64,000 bases of DNA from Candidatus Latescibacterota bacterium. GTDB taxonomy: Bacteria; Latescibacterota; UBA2968. Below, piece by piece: positions 10,679 to 21,793 of this stretch. The DNA is taken from the NCBI GenBank assembly GCA_965198115.1, contig OZ240241.1, positions 3,968,001 through 4,032,000 of the forward strand, given 5' to 3'. The position numbers were made by a program, and so were the translations under genes. The notes below the pieces were generated by a model. It worked only from the letters and a program-made list of their open reading frames with translations, was not told where the DNA came from and searched no databases. The first letter of the stretch is position 1, and each line of letters opens with the position of its first letter.

Positions 10679-11975
10679 ATGTCTAGGCCAAACATCATCT
10701 TCATCCTTTGCGACGACCTCGGATACACCGACCTCGGCTGCTATGGCGGCACGGTCATTCCAACACCCAACCTCGATCGTCTCGCCCAGCAAGGCGTGCG
10801 ATTCACGCAATGCTACACCGCTTCCTCGATCTGCGCCCCGTCTCGGTGCGTCCTCAACACCGGTCTGCACAGCGGTCACTGTCGTGTGCGCGACAACTTC
10901 GGCATCGTCGGTGGCGTCGGGGATCAGAAGCGAGTCCCGCTCGAGCCCGAAGATTTCACCGTCGCGGAGCTCCTTAAAGGGGCCGGATACACCACCGGCA
11001 TGACGGGCAAATGGGGTCTCGGTGAACCCGACACGACCGGTGTTCCAAATCGCAAGGGCTTCGACGAGTGGTTCGGGTATCTCAACCAACGTCGCGCGCA
11101 CACCTATTACCCGGACTACCTGTGGCGAAACGAGGAACGCGTCGACTATCCCGAGAACGAAGCCGAGAACCAGGTCACGTATGTCCACGACCTCATCTTC
11201 GAATTCGCGATGGATTTCATCCGCGAACACCGAGACGGACCCTTTTACCTTCACGTTCCGTGGACGTTACCCCACGGTGCATTCGAGATTCCTTCCGTCG
11301 GCGTCTTCGAAAGCGAGAACTGGTCGGACGGCGAAAAGGTCCACGCCGCCATGGTCACGAAGATCGACAACGCAAGTCGGCCAGATCGTAGACCTTATCA
11401 AAGAGCTGGGAATCGACGACAACACGCTCATCTTCTTCGGATCGGACCACGGGTCGGGCCACTCCTGGCAGGACACATTCAACAGCTGCGGTCCTCTCAG
11501 AGGCAAGAAAGGCGATATGTACGAAGGGGGCCTCCGCACGCCTTTGATCGTCAGCTGGCCGGGCAAGCTACCCCTGGGCAAGACCAACGATACAACGGTC
11601 TGGTACTATGCCGACTTCATGTCCACCGTCGCCGACATCATCGAAGCGAAAGCACCCGAGACCGACGGCGTCAGCATTCTTCCCACTCTCCTCGGTGAGG
11701 ATCAGGATCTGTCCTATCGCTTCCTCTACTGGGAGCGCCACGGTGGCGGGTTCAAGCAGGCGGTAAGGTGGCAGAACTGGAAGGCCGTCCGACCCCCGAC
11801 AGACCGCCTCCTCAACGAACCCCTCGAACTCTACAACCTCGACACCGACCTCGGCGAAACCAGGGATGTCGCCGGCCAACAACCCGAGGTCATCCGTCGC
11901 ATCAGCGACTACCTCGCCGACGCGAGGACCGCGTCGAAGAACTGGCCCATCGGCGTGAAGGGGTCACACGCTTGA
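10679..11975 (+). CDS. Arylsulfatase (formylglycine-dependent), frameshift near 11370
   Basis: RPNIIFILCDDLG, CAPSR, GKWGLG. Continues in the 11022 frame with FFGSDHG, LRGKKGDMYEGG and ELYNLDTDLGE. Confidence 0.9.
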
Positions 11976-12075
11976 TTGCGGCCTGCGGCCTCGATCGAGT
12001 GTTCGGTGTTCGGGGATCAAGAAACTACCCACGCGCAGGTTTCAATGGACCTCCGAATCCACTCCCGACTAGGGA

Positions 12076-12220
12076 CTCGAATCCTTTCAAACGACCCTCA
12101 GCGTTCTCAGCCTGCCCTGAGCTTTGTCCTGAGTAAGCGACCGAAGGTCGCTATACCAAAGGGTAGTCTGCAAACAGGAGCGTATCGAAGGGTTTCCTCA
12201 GTGGCTGCTCTTTCTACGGA
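12076..12220. repeat. Dispersed repeat, family B (copy 1)
   Basis: CTCGAATCC.TTCA.ACGACCCTC.GCGTTCTCAGCCTGCCCTGAG...GCGTATCGAAGGGT.TCCTCAGTG.CTGCTCTTTCTA.GGA, shared with 15968-16069. This copy has an extra internal hairpin. Confidence 0.85.
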
Positions 12221-12246
12221 GTGTCATCAGCTATCCTCCCGCCCCC

Positions 12247-14118
12247 TCATCCATCTGCCGCTGATGTTCGCCGCGCCACCCCACCGGTGCCCCAATCGAG
12301 TTCAGGCCGCATATCCACAACCGCCTCGGCCAACTGCCCTCGGTGAACGCCGTCGAGGGTTGCATCCAGGGCAATTGGCTGGCGCCTGTAAGCGGTAGCC
12401 TGATCTGGCGGCACTCTCAATAGAAAATCGACAATCTCTTTTTTCCCGGGATCTGCCGTCACCGTTCCGCAACTCGGTCGCGCTTCCCAGCCGTCTGGCA
12501 GGACCAATTCGTACTCCAGTGTAGAGGGCACCGACTTGATATTTTCGAACCACACCTGCATGCGCACCTCCTCTCCGGGTGCTGCTGGCGGTTGATACGG
12601 ATACAGAAAAACGTGGTCCGGGTAGAGGGCTTCCTCCAGATTTTCGGGTGCAGCAAGTGCGCGCCAGTGGATCTGCTCTGTGATGCACCAATCGTGATAG
12701 ACCTTCCACTCTTCCGGGCCAATCTCCCACGGCCCGCCGTGCCCGGGACACGTCAACTCCGGCTGATGCTCCAGGTAGAGCTTACCCGTAATCTGGTGGG
12801 AATTGGCGTGCACGTGATTGCGCCAGATGTTGTTCGACTGGTATCCCTTCCCCTCCCGCACACCCACCTCGTCTCCGGAAAACACGACCCGCTTGCCGTC
12901 GATCTCACCGAACATTGCCATGTGATAGTCGGCGTGACCCGGCGTGTGGAAGACCTGAAACTCGAACTCCTCCCACTGGAAGGTTTCCCCCTGCCCGAGC
13001 GCCCGCTCCACCTTCAACGGAGTGGGGAAAGTACACCCCAGCTTGTAGCCGTGCGGGTGCTGCAGAATGTCGACCATATTCTCGAAGCACCAGATTTTCG
13101 TACCGTGATGCTGCTGCAGATAGGGCAGCCCGTTGACGTGATCGTCGTGATAGTGGCTCGGCATGGCCAGATCGATCTGCTTCATGCCAAAACTATCCCG
13201 CAGGATATCCAGATTGTGCTCGAGTGGACGCAGGCGATTGCCGGCTTCAAAAAAGACTTCGAACGAATACATGAACGTCCGGCTCGGGGAGCCGTAATCA
13301 ACGAAAAGGGCTTTGCCGCTGTCGCTGATAACAATCCACGTGTTCGAACAGCCGGGGATCTGCACCAGATGAGGAAGCACCGAGCGGGGAGCCACATCCA
13401 GGGAAGGCGTTTCGATGCTGTACCGGTGTTCGAGATAGGCACGGAACTTTGTCTCGAGACTCTGAAGCGCGCTGGCTGTGTCGCCAAAGGGACGGCCGTG
13501 GGAAGGACAGAGCATGTCGGTATTGTGGTTCCGCATCTTGCAGAGCGAGTAAACCATGTAGTCGCAGCCATCGCCCTGGGCATAGGCGTACTGGAGATCG
13601 TAGAGAGCCTGAACCTTACCCGGCGCAGCAATCAAATCTCCGCTGAATCCCACCTTCTGCCCGTCGATCTCTGCAATCAACGCGATGTGACCGAGCGAGT
13701 GACCGGGCGTCGGCTGAACGAAGAATCGATATCTCCCCCACTCGAACGTCTCGTAATCCTCGAGCACGCGTGACGTACGCACGCTCTGGGCCAGCGTGAA
13801 AAAGGTCTGCCGCACATCATAAATGTCATAGATTTGCCGCGACCCCCAGAACACCTCCACCTCATCGAAATAGGGGCGCTCCTGGGCAGGCACCGCAATC
13901 GGGATATTGCGCTGATTGGCTATCGCGTCCCCCTGGCACTGGTCGCGATGGTGGTGGGTGTGCAGGATCCAATCGACCTGGGTGATGCCCAGATCACCTA
14001 GACCGTCGAGTACCTTGCCGCTGCCGAAGTCAATCAGCACAACCCTTGTGCCTTCCTTGACCACATACACATTGCAGGTGTCTTCGAACAGGTACAGATT
14101 CTCGGATATCTTTTCCAA
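12247..14118 (-). CDS. Tandem MBL-fold metallo-hydrolase
   Basis: Two HxHxD motifs (THHHRDQ, SHYHDDH), two TPGH and two CPxHG motifs. Confidence 0.88.
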   Translation of the reverse strand: MEKISENLYLFEDTCNVYVVKEGTRVVLIDFGSGKVLDGLGDLGITQVDWILHTHHHRDQCQGDAIANQRNIPIAVPAQERPYFDEVEVFWGSRQIYDIYDVRQTFFTLAQSVRTSRVLEDYETFEWGRYRFFVQPTPGHSLGHIALIAEIDGQKVGFSGDLIAAPGKVQALYDLQYAYAQGDGCDYMVYSLCKMRNHNTDMLCPSHGRPFGDTASALQSLETKFRAYLEHRYSIETPSLDVAPRSVLPHLVQIPGCSNTWIVISDSGKALFVDYGSPSRTFMYSFEVFFEAGNRLRPLEHNLDILRDSFGMKQIDLAMPSHYHDDHVNGLPYLQQHHGTKIWCFENMVDILQHPHGYKLGCTFPTPLKVERALGQGETFQWEEFEFQVFHTPGHADYHMAMFGEIDGKRVVFSGDEVGVREGKGYQSNNIWRNHVHANSHQITGKLYLEHQPELTCPGHGGPWEIGPEEWKVYHDWCITEQIHWRALAAPENLEEALYPDHVFLYPYQPPAAPGEEVRMQVWFENIKSVPSTLEYELVLPDGWEARPSCGTVTADPGKKEIVDFLLRVPPDQATAYRRQPIALDATLDGVHRGQLAEAVVDMRPELDWGTGGVARRTSAADG

Positions 14119-14190
14119 GTTCCCTCCTGACTACACGACAAACTGAAAAGAACACAGCTTAACGGCGTGTCCGATAAAAACGCAGCCGAA

Positions 14191-15564
14191 GAGCTATAAT
14201 CAAAAGGTGTGGAAAAAGAGAAAGGGCGACCCTACCCTTCCCGTGAGATAGTTGATTCACACAAAACCGGGTGAGAGGCCCGGTTGGGAAGGAGGATCGC
14301 CGTGAAGGAACATACGCATAGAGCCCCATTGAAGTCCATGCCGACGTGGGAGACGGTTGACGATTGGATCCGTGAAGAGATCCAGGGCCGGTTCCAGTCC
14401 ATTCTGGAGGAGGAGGCGACCGCGTTCTTGGGCCGGTCGTGGTATGAGCGCCGAGCCGAGGTCGATAGCTCCAGGGGCTACAGGAACGGCTACGGCAAGC
14501 CCCGGCGTCTCTCGACGAGCTGCGGAACGATCAAGGTCCGGCGTCCCCGGGTTCGTGGTCTGGAAGAGCGGTTTGAAAGCCGCATCCTCCCCCTGTTCGC
14601 CCGGAGAACCAGGGCCATTGGAGATCTGCTTCCCGACCTTTATCTCCACGGTCTCTCCCAGGGCGACTTCGAGTTGTCTTTGCGTGCGCTGCTCGGTGAT
14701 GGCGCGCCGCTTTCGCCGACCTCGATCGCTCGTCTTCGAGGGAAGTGGGAGGTCGACTTCCAGGACTGGAAAGAAAGGCGTCTGGATAATCGCGAACTGG
14801 TCTACGCCTGGGCTGATGGCATCTACGTCAAAGCCGGGCTCGAGCGCGAGAAGGCGTGTCTGCTGGTCGTGATCGGCGCGATGAGCGACGGCAGCAAGGA
14901 GATCCTGGCGATAGAACCCGGTTATCGAGAGTCTACAGAATCCTGGCTCACGGTGCTCCGGGATCTCCGGGATCGCGGGCTCGAACATCCTGTCCTGATC
15001 GCCGCGGACGGGAATATGGGCATCTGGGCGGCCGTTGATCAGGTCTGGCCAGAGAGCCGGCAACAACGGTGCTGGAACCACAAGATCCTCAACGTGCTCG
15101 ACAAGGTCGCCAAGCGTGCACAGGCTGAAGCCCGCGCACTGCTCGTCCAGATCCCCTATGCCGGCACGAAAAAGGAGGCCGAGAAGCTCCGGAAACGCTT
15201 TGCCGCACGGTATCGCTCACAGTTCCCTGCCGCCGTGGAGACGCTCGAAAGAGACTGGGATCGGATGGTCACGTTCTACGACTTCCCGAAGGAACACTGG
15301 AAACACCTGAGAACCACGAACGTCGTCGAGAGCCCCTTTGCTTCCGTTCGGCTTCGCACAAACGCCGCCAGGCGATTCAAGAAAGTCAGGAACGCCACGA
15401 CTCTCATCTGGCGTACGCTCAAGGTCGCAGAGAGCCGATTCAGGAAACTCACCGCGCCACACTTGCTACAACAAGTCTACGATCAGAAACACTCAACCGG
15501 ACCGCAGGTCGAAGCCGGGAAGATGGCCGCCTGATTTCTTTTACACACCTATTGACCTGAACTC
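14191..15564 (+). mobile_element. IS256-family element, copy 2 (intact)
   Basis: Same terminal IRs, 1374 bp. 8-bp target duplication CAGCCGAA (14183-14190, 15565-15572). Confidence 0.97.
14302..15534 (+). CDS. IS256-family transposase (intact)
   Basis: Uninterrupted ORF. Probable GTG start at 14302 after a GGAGG RBS. Confidence 0.95.
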   Translation: MKEHTHRAPLKSMPTWETVDDWIREEIQGRFQSILEEEATAFLGRSWYERRAEVDSSRGYRNGYGKPRRLSTSCGTIKVRRPRVRGLEERFESRILPLFARRTRAIGDLLPDLYLHGLSQGDFELSLRALLGDGAPLSPTSIARLRGKWEVDFQDWKERRLDNRELVYAWADGIYVKAGLEREKACLLVVIGAMSDGSKEILAIEPGYRESTESWLTVLRDLRDRGLEHPVLIAADGNMGIWAAVDQVWPESRQQRCWNHKILNVLDKVAKRAQAEARALLVQIPYAGTKKEAEKLRKRFAARYRSQFPAAVETLERDWDRMVTFYDFPKEHWKHLRTTNVVESPFASVRLRTNAARRFKKVRNATTLIWRTLKVAESRFRKLTAPHLLQQVYDQKHSTGPQVEAGKMAA

Positions 15565-15870
15565 CAGCCGAACGGGACGTCCCCGAAGCGATGAAAGATC
15601 GGGACGGCCTTTCCACGTCACAGTCTGTTCAGATCGTTGAACACCAGCCAGTCGGCCTCCGCCCTGGCGGGCCCAATAACCGTGGCCCGTCTCGTCGAGG
15701 ATTTCCACTCTGAGCCAGCCCCGTGAACTGGCATCAATATTCACCTGGAGACGGTTGCCGTCGAGGGTAAAAGGAACCATCGTCAGCCGACCCTCGTCCG
15801 TACCCACGTCCTGAGACACAAAGCCGTCGCGCCTCAAACGCAAACGGCCGATGACCGCACTGTTCATCCT
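15565..15870 (-). pseudogene. 3' remnant of a hypothetical (glycosidase-like) gene, split by IS256 copy 2
   Basis: LRRDGFVS...LQVN...LRVEILD...VTWKGRPDLSSLRGRPVRL continues as RF.. on the far side of the IS (below 14190). No N-terminal part present. Confidence 0.6.
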
Positions 15871-15904
15871 GAAAATAGCGAAACCGGGCCCCCCGCAGTT
15901 CACG

Positions 15905-16069
15905 CTGGTCACCAAAATCGATACTCAGGTAGGCCAGATCGTCGACCTCCTGGATGAGCTGGGGCCCCTCGAATCCCTTCATACGACCCTCCGCGTTCTC
16001 AGCCTGCCCTGAGTAGCCTGCGAAGCAGGCGTATCGAAGGGTGTCCTCAGTGACTGCTCTTTCTATGGA
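15905..16069 (+). repeat. Sulfatase gene fragment plus family B repeat (copy 2)
   Basis: 15905-15964 reads LVTKIDTQVGQIVDLLDELG, against MVTKIDTQVGQIVDLIKELG at about 11351-11410. It is followed by the repeat also seen at 12076-12220. Confidence 0.75.
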
Positions 16070-16940
16070 AATAACCCTCGCTACGCCCGATGATTTCGAT
16101 GCGATCGCTCGTCTCATCCAAGCGACGTCTCGCTCGCCGGCGACGCACTGCCTCCACGCGGAAACGGCCGAGTCCGTCGACGATATGGTCGCCGAGATAC
16201 GACAGCTGACGAATAGCGGTGAGCTTATCGTTGCCATCGCACGGGACCACCATCTCAGGGCAATGATTGGATGCGAATATGCAAGGGAGCTCAAGCGAGG
16301 TTGGCTCAGAGGGCCGGTTCAACAGGATGGCGTGACCGAAGCACAGGCCCTCTACGAGGCACTCGTGTCGTCTCTGCCGGAGGAGATTACTCGACTGGAC
16401 ACGTTTCTCAACGCAGAAAACGCTGACGGGGACGCGTTCTATCGATCGAAAGGCTACCGGCCAGAGGGCCTCACGCACGTCTACGAAACGAGTCGCGAGA
16501 CCGCCATCTTCTCAGACTCCATGTGCCGGGTCCTGGAAGAACACCAGTTCGAAGAGTTCAAACGGGTTCACAACCACGTGTTCCCGTCGACGTATGCGGA
16601 TGGTCGTGAGATCATCGAGCAACTCGACCCGCACAAGCAGGTCCTCGTCTACGTCAATCACGGCGAAGTGCTCGGCTATGTTCGTGCGCTCGTCGAGTCC
16701 GAAAAAGAGGGCTACATCGAATATCTCGGTGTTCGATCGGACGCCCGACGTCAAGGCATTGGGCGAAAGCTCCTTCACGCTGCCCTGGGATACCTTATCG
16801 CAGAACGTGGCAACGACATCGTGTCACTCTGCGTCAGCGACGGCAACACGAATGCCCGCCAGCTTTACGAAAACGTCGGGTTCGCGTTGAAACACACGGG
16901 CGTGAATCTTCGCCTGATTCGAACCGCAGAACCCACGTGA
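16065..16940 (+). CDS. Tandem GNAT-family acetyltransferase
   Basis: YLGVRSDARRQGIGRKLL acetyl-CoA motif, NTNARQLYENVGF, and a degenerate first GNAT (FYRSKGY). Confidence 0.88.
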   Translation: MEITLATPDDFDAIARLIQATSRSPATHCLHAETAESVDDMVAEIRQLTNSGELIVAIARDHHLRAMIGCEYARELKRGWLRGPVQQDGVTEAQALYEALVSSLPEEITRLDTFLNAENADGDAFYRSKGYRPEGLTHVYETSRETAIFSDSMCRVLEEHQFEEFKRVHNHVFPSTYADGREIIEQLDPHKQVLVYVNHGEVLGYVRALVESEKEGYIEYLGVRSDARRQGIGRKLLHAALGYLIAERGNDIVSLCVSDGNTNARQLYENVGFALKHTGVNLRLIRTAEPT

Positions 16941-16959
16941 CGCAACGGCCCGACCGCCG

Positions 16960-18227
16960 ATGACCGCGAACCCCACCCCATCCTCCCAATCCCTCTTCCA
17001 AATTTACCGTCAACTCAATCGCGACGTCCGTCTATACCTCCTGGCCTCGGCCATCGTCGGCTTCACGATCTTCGGCGGCGTCGAAACCGTCATTCTGAAC
17101 CTGTACCTGCTGAGACTCGGCTACGGGTCGAAGTTCATCGGGTGGGTCAACGCGACCGGCGCCCTGACTAACACCCTCGTCGCCATGCCCGCTGGTGTCC
17201 TCGGACTGCGCATCAGCAGACGCCACATGATGATGGCCGGTATGCTTCTGATGGCGACAGGACTCGGCGCATTACCTTTCGCCGAATATCTCCCCGAGCA
17301 TATGATGCGCTCGTGGCTGCTCGCGACTCGAGGTGTGAGCTATCTCGGGATGGGGATCTTCCAAATCGGTGGGACGCCCTTCCTGATCGGGGCTACACGT
17401 CCAGAAGAGCGCAATCACGCCTACGCGTTTCACACGGCAATCGGTCCCCTCGCAGGTCTGGCCGGGGGTCTCATCGGCGGTCTTCTCCCTTCGATCTTCG
17501 CGGGGCTTTCGGGGGTTGCTCTCACGGACACGAGCCCGTATCGACAGACACTATGGGTGGCTGCACTCGTGATCATCCCGGGCTTCTTTCTCGTCCGAGC
17601 CACGACCGCGACGTATTCCGGCGACCTCCGGAGAGCCGACCGTGGAAAGAGCTCGGCCCCGACCCTCCTGTTTGTCCTGCTGTTTCTGTCGGGTTTTCTC
17701 CAACTGGCGGGCGAACGTGTCGCAAGAACGTACTTCAACGTGTATATGGACGTCGATTTCGCCGGTTCACCCTCTTTCATAGGCGCGTGCTGGTCCGCAG
17801 GTCACTGTCTCTCCGTGGTCACCGCTCTACTCACACCGTTTCTCTGCAAACAGTGGGCATCATCAACGTCTCCACCGTCGGTGCGTTCGGTATGGTCATC
17901 AGCCTCCTGGTCATGACCTACGTCCCGAGTTCCCACATCGTAGGTCTCGCCTTCATCAGCCTCATCATGTTCGCCGCCGTCCGGAGACCCGCCTACACAG
18001 TCCATCATCAGGAACTCGTCACCCCAGCCTGGCGCCCCACGATGGCCGGATGCACCTCTTTCGGGTCGGGCGCCAGCGAATTCACGATGGCTCTCCTCGG
18101 AGGCTACACCATCGCCACGGCCGGCTTTGTTCCCGTGTTTGAAACAGGCGCCCTGATGACAACCGTCGGGGCGGGTCTCTTCTGGCTTTACTTCCGTCAT
18201 CCTCGTGGCGAACGTGGGAAGGCTTGA
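16960..18227 (+). CDS. MFS transporter, frameshift near 17855
   Basis: Hydrophobic helices in the 16960 ORF continue in the C-terminal part of the 17313 ORF. Confidence 0.8.
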
Positions 18228-18452
18228 ACCACCAAGCATGTCCTGAGCGGAGTCGAAGGGACTCCAAGACACCAAGAACCTTGAACAGGAAGACGCGAAG
18301 TCGCGAAGAAAGACCGGGGTCGGCGGAAACTTCAGTCATTGCTCTGTGACTCCTGCCCTTTTCGTGTATTTCGTGGTTTTCGTGGTTCGGTTTTTGGTTT
18401 TCCTTCCGTGTATTCCGTGGTCTCGATGTCTTTCGTAGTCGCGTGAGGAAGT

Positions 18453-19403
18453 ATGCAGACGCGCAAGCTCGGCAGAACGGGAATAGACGTCCCCATCATC
18501 GGACTCGGGGCGATGTTCATCGGGGGACCGGAGGCGGATGCTCCAAGTGAGCTCGACGAGGACCTCGCAGCCGAAACCGTCGTCGCCGCCATCGAATCCG
18601 GGTCCACCTTCATCGACACGGCCCCCGGCTACGGCAGCTGTGGCAGCGAGCGCGTGATCGGCCGCGCGATGAGGGAACGCCCCGATCTCGCGGAAATCGC
18701 CACGGTCGTCACCAAAACCGGCGCCCCCCCGGGCGGTAAGGACTACAGCTACGACGGCGTTCTACGTCAGATCGAGGACAGTCTCGGCCGCCTCGGGCTC
18801 GAAAGCATCGACCTCGTTTCGATCCACGACGCGATGGGTCAGCCGATGGAAGATGTCCTCGGCGGCGCGCTTCGAGCTTTGCGCAGCCTCCAGGATCAAG
18901 GCGTCGTGGGCAACGTCGGCACGGCCATGAACGACCCCTCGACGAACGAGCCCTACATCGAAACCGGCGAATTCGACGTCGCCGTCGTACCCAATGCCTG
19001 GACCCTCATCAACCGGATCGCCGGAAACCGAATCTTCCCCGCCGCGAAGAAACACAACACCGGTGTCCTTCTCGCGACGCCATTCGAGCGCGGTCTCCTT
19101 GCCAAAGGATCCAAATCGGACGCCTACTTTCACCGCCGCAACTTCAGCGAGGAATGTCTCGCGCACGTCGCCGAAATCGAAGCACTCTGCGAACGCTACG
19201 ACGTATCGCTTCCAACCGTCGCCCTCCACTACGTCCTTCGCCACCCGCAAGTATCCACCGTGATCCCCGGCGCCCGAACGCCTGACGAGGCAAGCACAAA
19301 CGCAAAGGCCTCGGAAATTGACATTCCCGAGGCCTTCTGGAACGAGTTGGAACCGACGCTCCGTGACTGGAGCGCGGCCGAACATCGTCAGGTCAAGATT
19401 TAG
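18453..19403 (+). CDS. Aldo/keto reductase
   Basis: RKLGRTG, FIDTAPGYG, SLGRLGLESIDL, VIPGART. Confidence 0.92.
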   Translation: MQTRKLGRTGIDVPIIGLGAMFIGGPEADAPSELDEDLAAETVVAAIESGSTFIDTAPGYGSCGSERVIGRAMRERPDLAEIATVVTKTGAPPGGKDYSYDGVLRQIEDSLGRLGLESIDLVSIHDAMGQPMEDVLGGALRALRSLQDQGVVGNVGTAMNDPSTNEPYIETGEFDVAVVPNAWTLINRIAGNRIFPAAKKHNTGVLLATPFERGLLAKGSKSDAYFHRRNFSEECLAHVAEIEALCERYDVSLPTVALHYVLRHPQVSTVIPGARTPDEASTNAKASEIDIPEAFWNELEPTLRDWSAAEHRQVKI

Positions 19404-19420
19404 GTGCTGTTCGCCGCCGT

Positions 19421-20446
19421 TCAGGCTGCAGACACGGATCGATCCTCCGAAGCCACGTAGGACATCACCTTCTCGACTTCCCCGCGACTGCCGATCACCA
19501 GCGGCGTACGCTCGTGGAGGTCCGTAGGCACCCTTTCCATCACCCTGTCCCGTCCGTCCGTCGCGAGACCTCCTGCCTGTTCGGCCAAGAAGGCCATCGG
19601 ATTGACCTCATACAGGAGACGCAGCTTGCCTTTCGGGTCTTTTGCAGTCTCCGGATACAGGAATACGCCGCCTCGAAGCAGGGTCCGATGGAAATCCGCG
19701 ACAAGGGATCCGATGTAGCGAAGCGAATAGCCTTCGTCCTTCACCGCGTTCAGGTAGCGCTGATATCCGATCGGAAAACTGGCGGCGTAGGCTTCGTTCA
19801 CACTGTACGTCTTTCCGACCTCGGGCATATGCACGCGTTCACTACTCCGCACATAGGCTCCGATTTCGGGCACGAGCGTGAACATGTGCAGCCCGTCTCC
19901 CGCAGTGTAAGCCATGACCGTGCTGCTCCCATAGACGACGTAGCCGGCAGCGACTTGCCGAACACCCGGCTGCAGAATGTGACCCGTCGGTCCATTTTCG
20001 CAGTTCTCGTCCTTCAACAGGATCGAGAAAATCGTACCGACCGACACGTTGACGTCGATGTTGCTCGACCCATCGAGCGGATCGAACAGCACTACGTATT
20101 TGCCGGTACCGTCATCATCCGCTTTCAGAACACGCGGACCTTCCTCCTCCTCGGACACCAGAATACCCACTTCCTCCCGATAGCCGAGGCATCGCGTCAG
20201 CGTCTCGTGCGCGATCACGTCCAGCTTTTCGACACGTTCCCCCTGGACGTTCTCCTCACCCGTTTCCCCGAGTACGTCCAGCACACCTGCCCGTCGCACC
20301 TGCGATTCGATGATCTTCGTCGCCAACGTGATACCACTCATGAGCCAGCTGAACTCTCCGGTTGCCCTCGGATGATGGGCCCGCTGCTGGTCCAGAATGT
20401 GTTGTTGGATCGTGACGAGAGATTGCGACAGCCCGACTGAATTCAT
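19421..20446 (-). CDS. fbp: Fructose-1,6-bisphosphatase class I
   Basis: FDPLDGSSNIDVNVSVGTIFS, RYIGSLVADFHR, GKLRLLYE. Confidence 0.97.
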   Translation of the reverse strand: MNSVGLSQSLVTIQQHILDQQRAHHPRATGEFSWLMSGITLATKIIESQVRRAGVLDVLGETGEENVQGERVEKLDVIAHETLTRCLGYREEVGILVSEEEEGPRVLKADDDGTGKYVVLFDPLDGSSNIDVNVSVGTIFSILLKDENCENGPTGHILQPGVRQVAAGYVVYGSSTVMAYTAGDGLHMFTLVPEIGAYVRSSERVHMPEVGKTYSVNEAYAASFPIGYQRYLNAVKDEGYSLRYIGSLVADFHRTLLRGGVFLYPETAKDPKGKLRLLYEVNPMAFLAEQAGGLATDGRDRVMERVPTDLHERTPLVIGSRGEVEKVMSYVASEDRSVSAA

Positions 20447-20634
20447 GATCTCCTCCCTGCGTGCCAGTGATGACTCTTTGTTTCATCGATGGGGATTTCG
20501 GCCGGGGACCGTCGATTCGTCCTAGGTGTAAGTACACTTTCCTTCAAGATCAAGCTCTGATTGGGTTTCCGACGGTTTTCATTTCGGGGAATCCGGTCTA
20601 TCTTGTTCCCCCAGACTCGAACACGGGCATTCGA

Positions 20635-21703
20635 ATGAAAATCCAAAAACTCCAGTCCGGTTTCTACCGCATCCCGCTCCCTGTCGTCCTCTCCGACTCG
20701 ACGCACGGGGGATATCACCCATTTCGATTTCATCACCGCGCGAATTGTCACCAACGATGGTCTCGAGGGCGTAGGTTACACCTTCACGCCAGGAACAGGT
20801 GGGGCAGCCATCGCGGCGCTGCTCGAACACGATCTGGCGTTCTGTGTGGTCGGCGAGGACCCCCGCCGCATCGAACACCTGTGGAATCGGATGTGGTGGC
20901 ACGCCCACTTTGTCGGTCGGGGGGGCGCGGTCAACATCGCCCTGTGGGACCTCGTCGCCAAAGCGGCGAACGAGCCCTGGTGGCGCTACCTCGGCGGCAA
21001 CGACCATCGCGTCAGCGCCTATGCAGGTGGCGTCGATCTCTACTTCACCCTGGACGACCTCGTTAAACAGACCGAAGGCTTTCTCGACCAGGGATTCCGC
21101 GCCATAAAAATGAAGGTGGGGCGCCCACAGCTTTCCGAGGACGTCGAGCGTGTCGCACACATCCGGAATCTCCTGGGCCCCGACCTGCCGCTCCTCGTCG
21201 ACGCCAATATGGGCTGGCGCGTGGATGAAGCGATCCGCGGAGCCCGCGCCTTCTCCGAACACAACGTCTACTGGCTCGAAGAACCCACCATCCCCGACGA
21301 CTACGCCGGCCACGCCCGGATCGCGCGCGAGGGCGGCGTCCCCATCGCCACGGGTGAAAATCTTCGCACGCTCCACGAGTTCGAGCATATGATCCGCTAC
21401 GGCGAAATCGCCTTTCCCGAGCCCGACGTCGCCATCTGCGGCGGCGTCACCACCTGGCTCAAAGTCGCTCGGCTCGCCGAAGCGAACAATCTGCCCGTCA
21501 CGTCACACGGCGTCCACGACCTCCACGTCCACCTCCTCTCCGCCGTCCCCAATGCCTCCTTCCTCGAAGTACACGCATTCGACATCAGCCGCTTCATCGA
21601 ACATCCAATCGTCATCGAGGATGGCTACGCCGTCGCCCCGGATCGACCCGGCCACGGCGTCGTGCTGGATTGGGACGCGCTTGCCGCACACATAATCTCG
21701 TAG
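20635..21703 (+). CDS. Mandelate racemase / enolase-superfamily dehydratase, frameshift in a G-run near 20710
   Basis: MKIQKLQSGFYRIPLPVVLSDSTHG start, then DITHFDFIT..GVGYT. KMKVG, VDAN, WLEEP, ATGEN and SHG motifs. Confidence 0.88.
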
Positions 21704-21793
21704 ATCGATCTCACCCTTCTTTCTAAACTCGGTGATCATCACTCGGAACTCGTATATCGTTTCCTAATCACCCGTCAGTTCATAGGTCACAAG

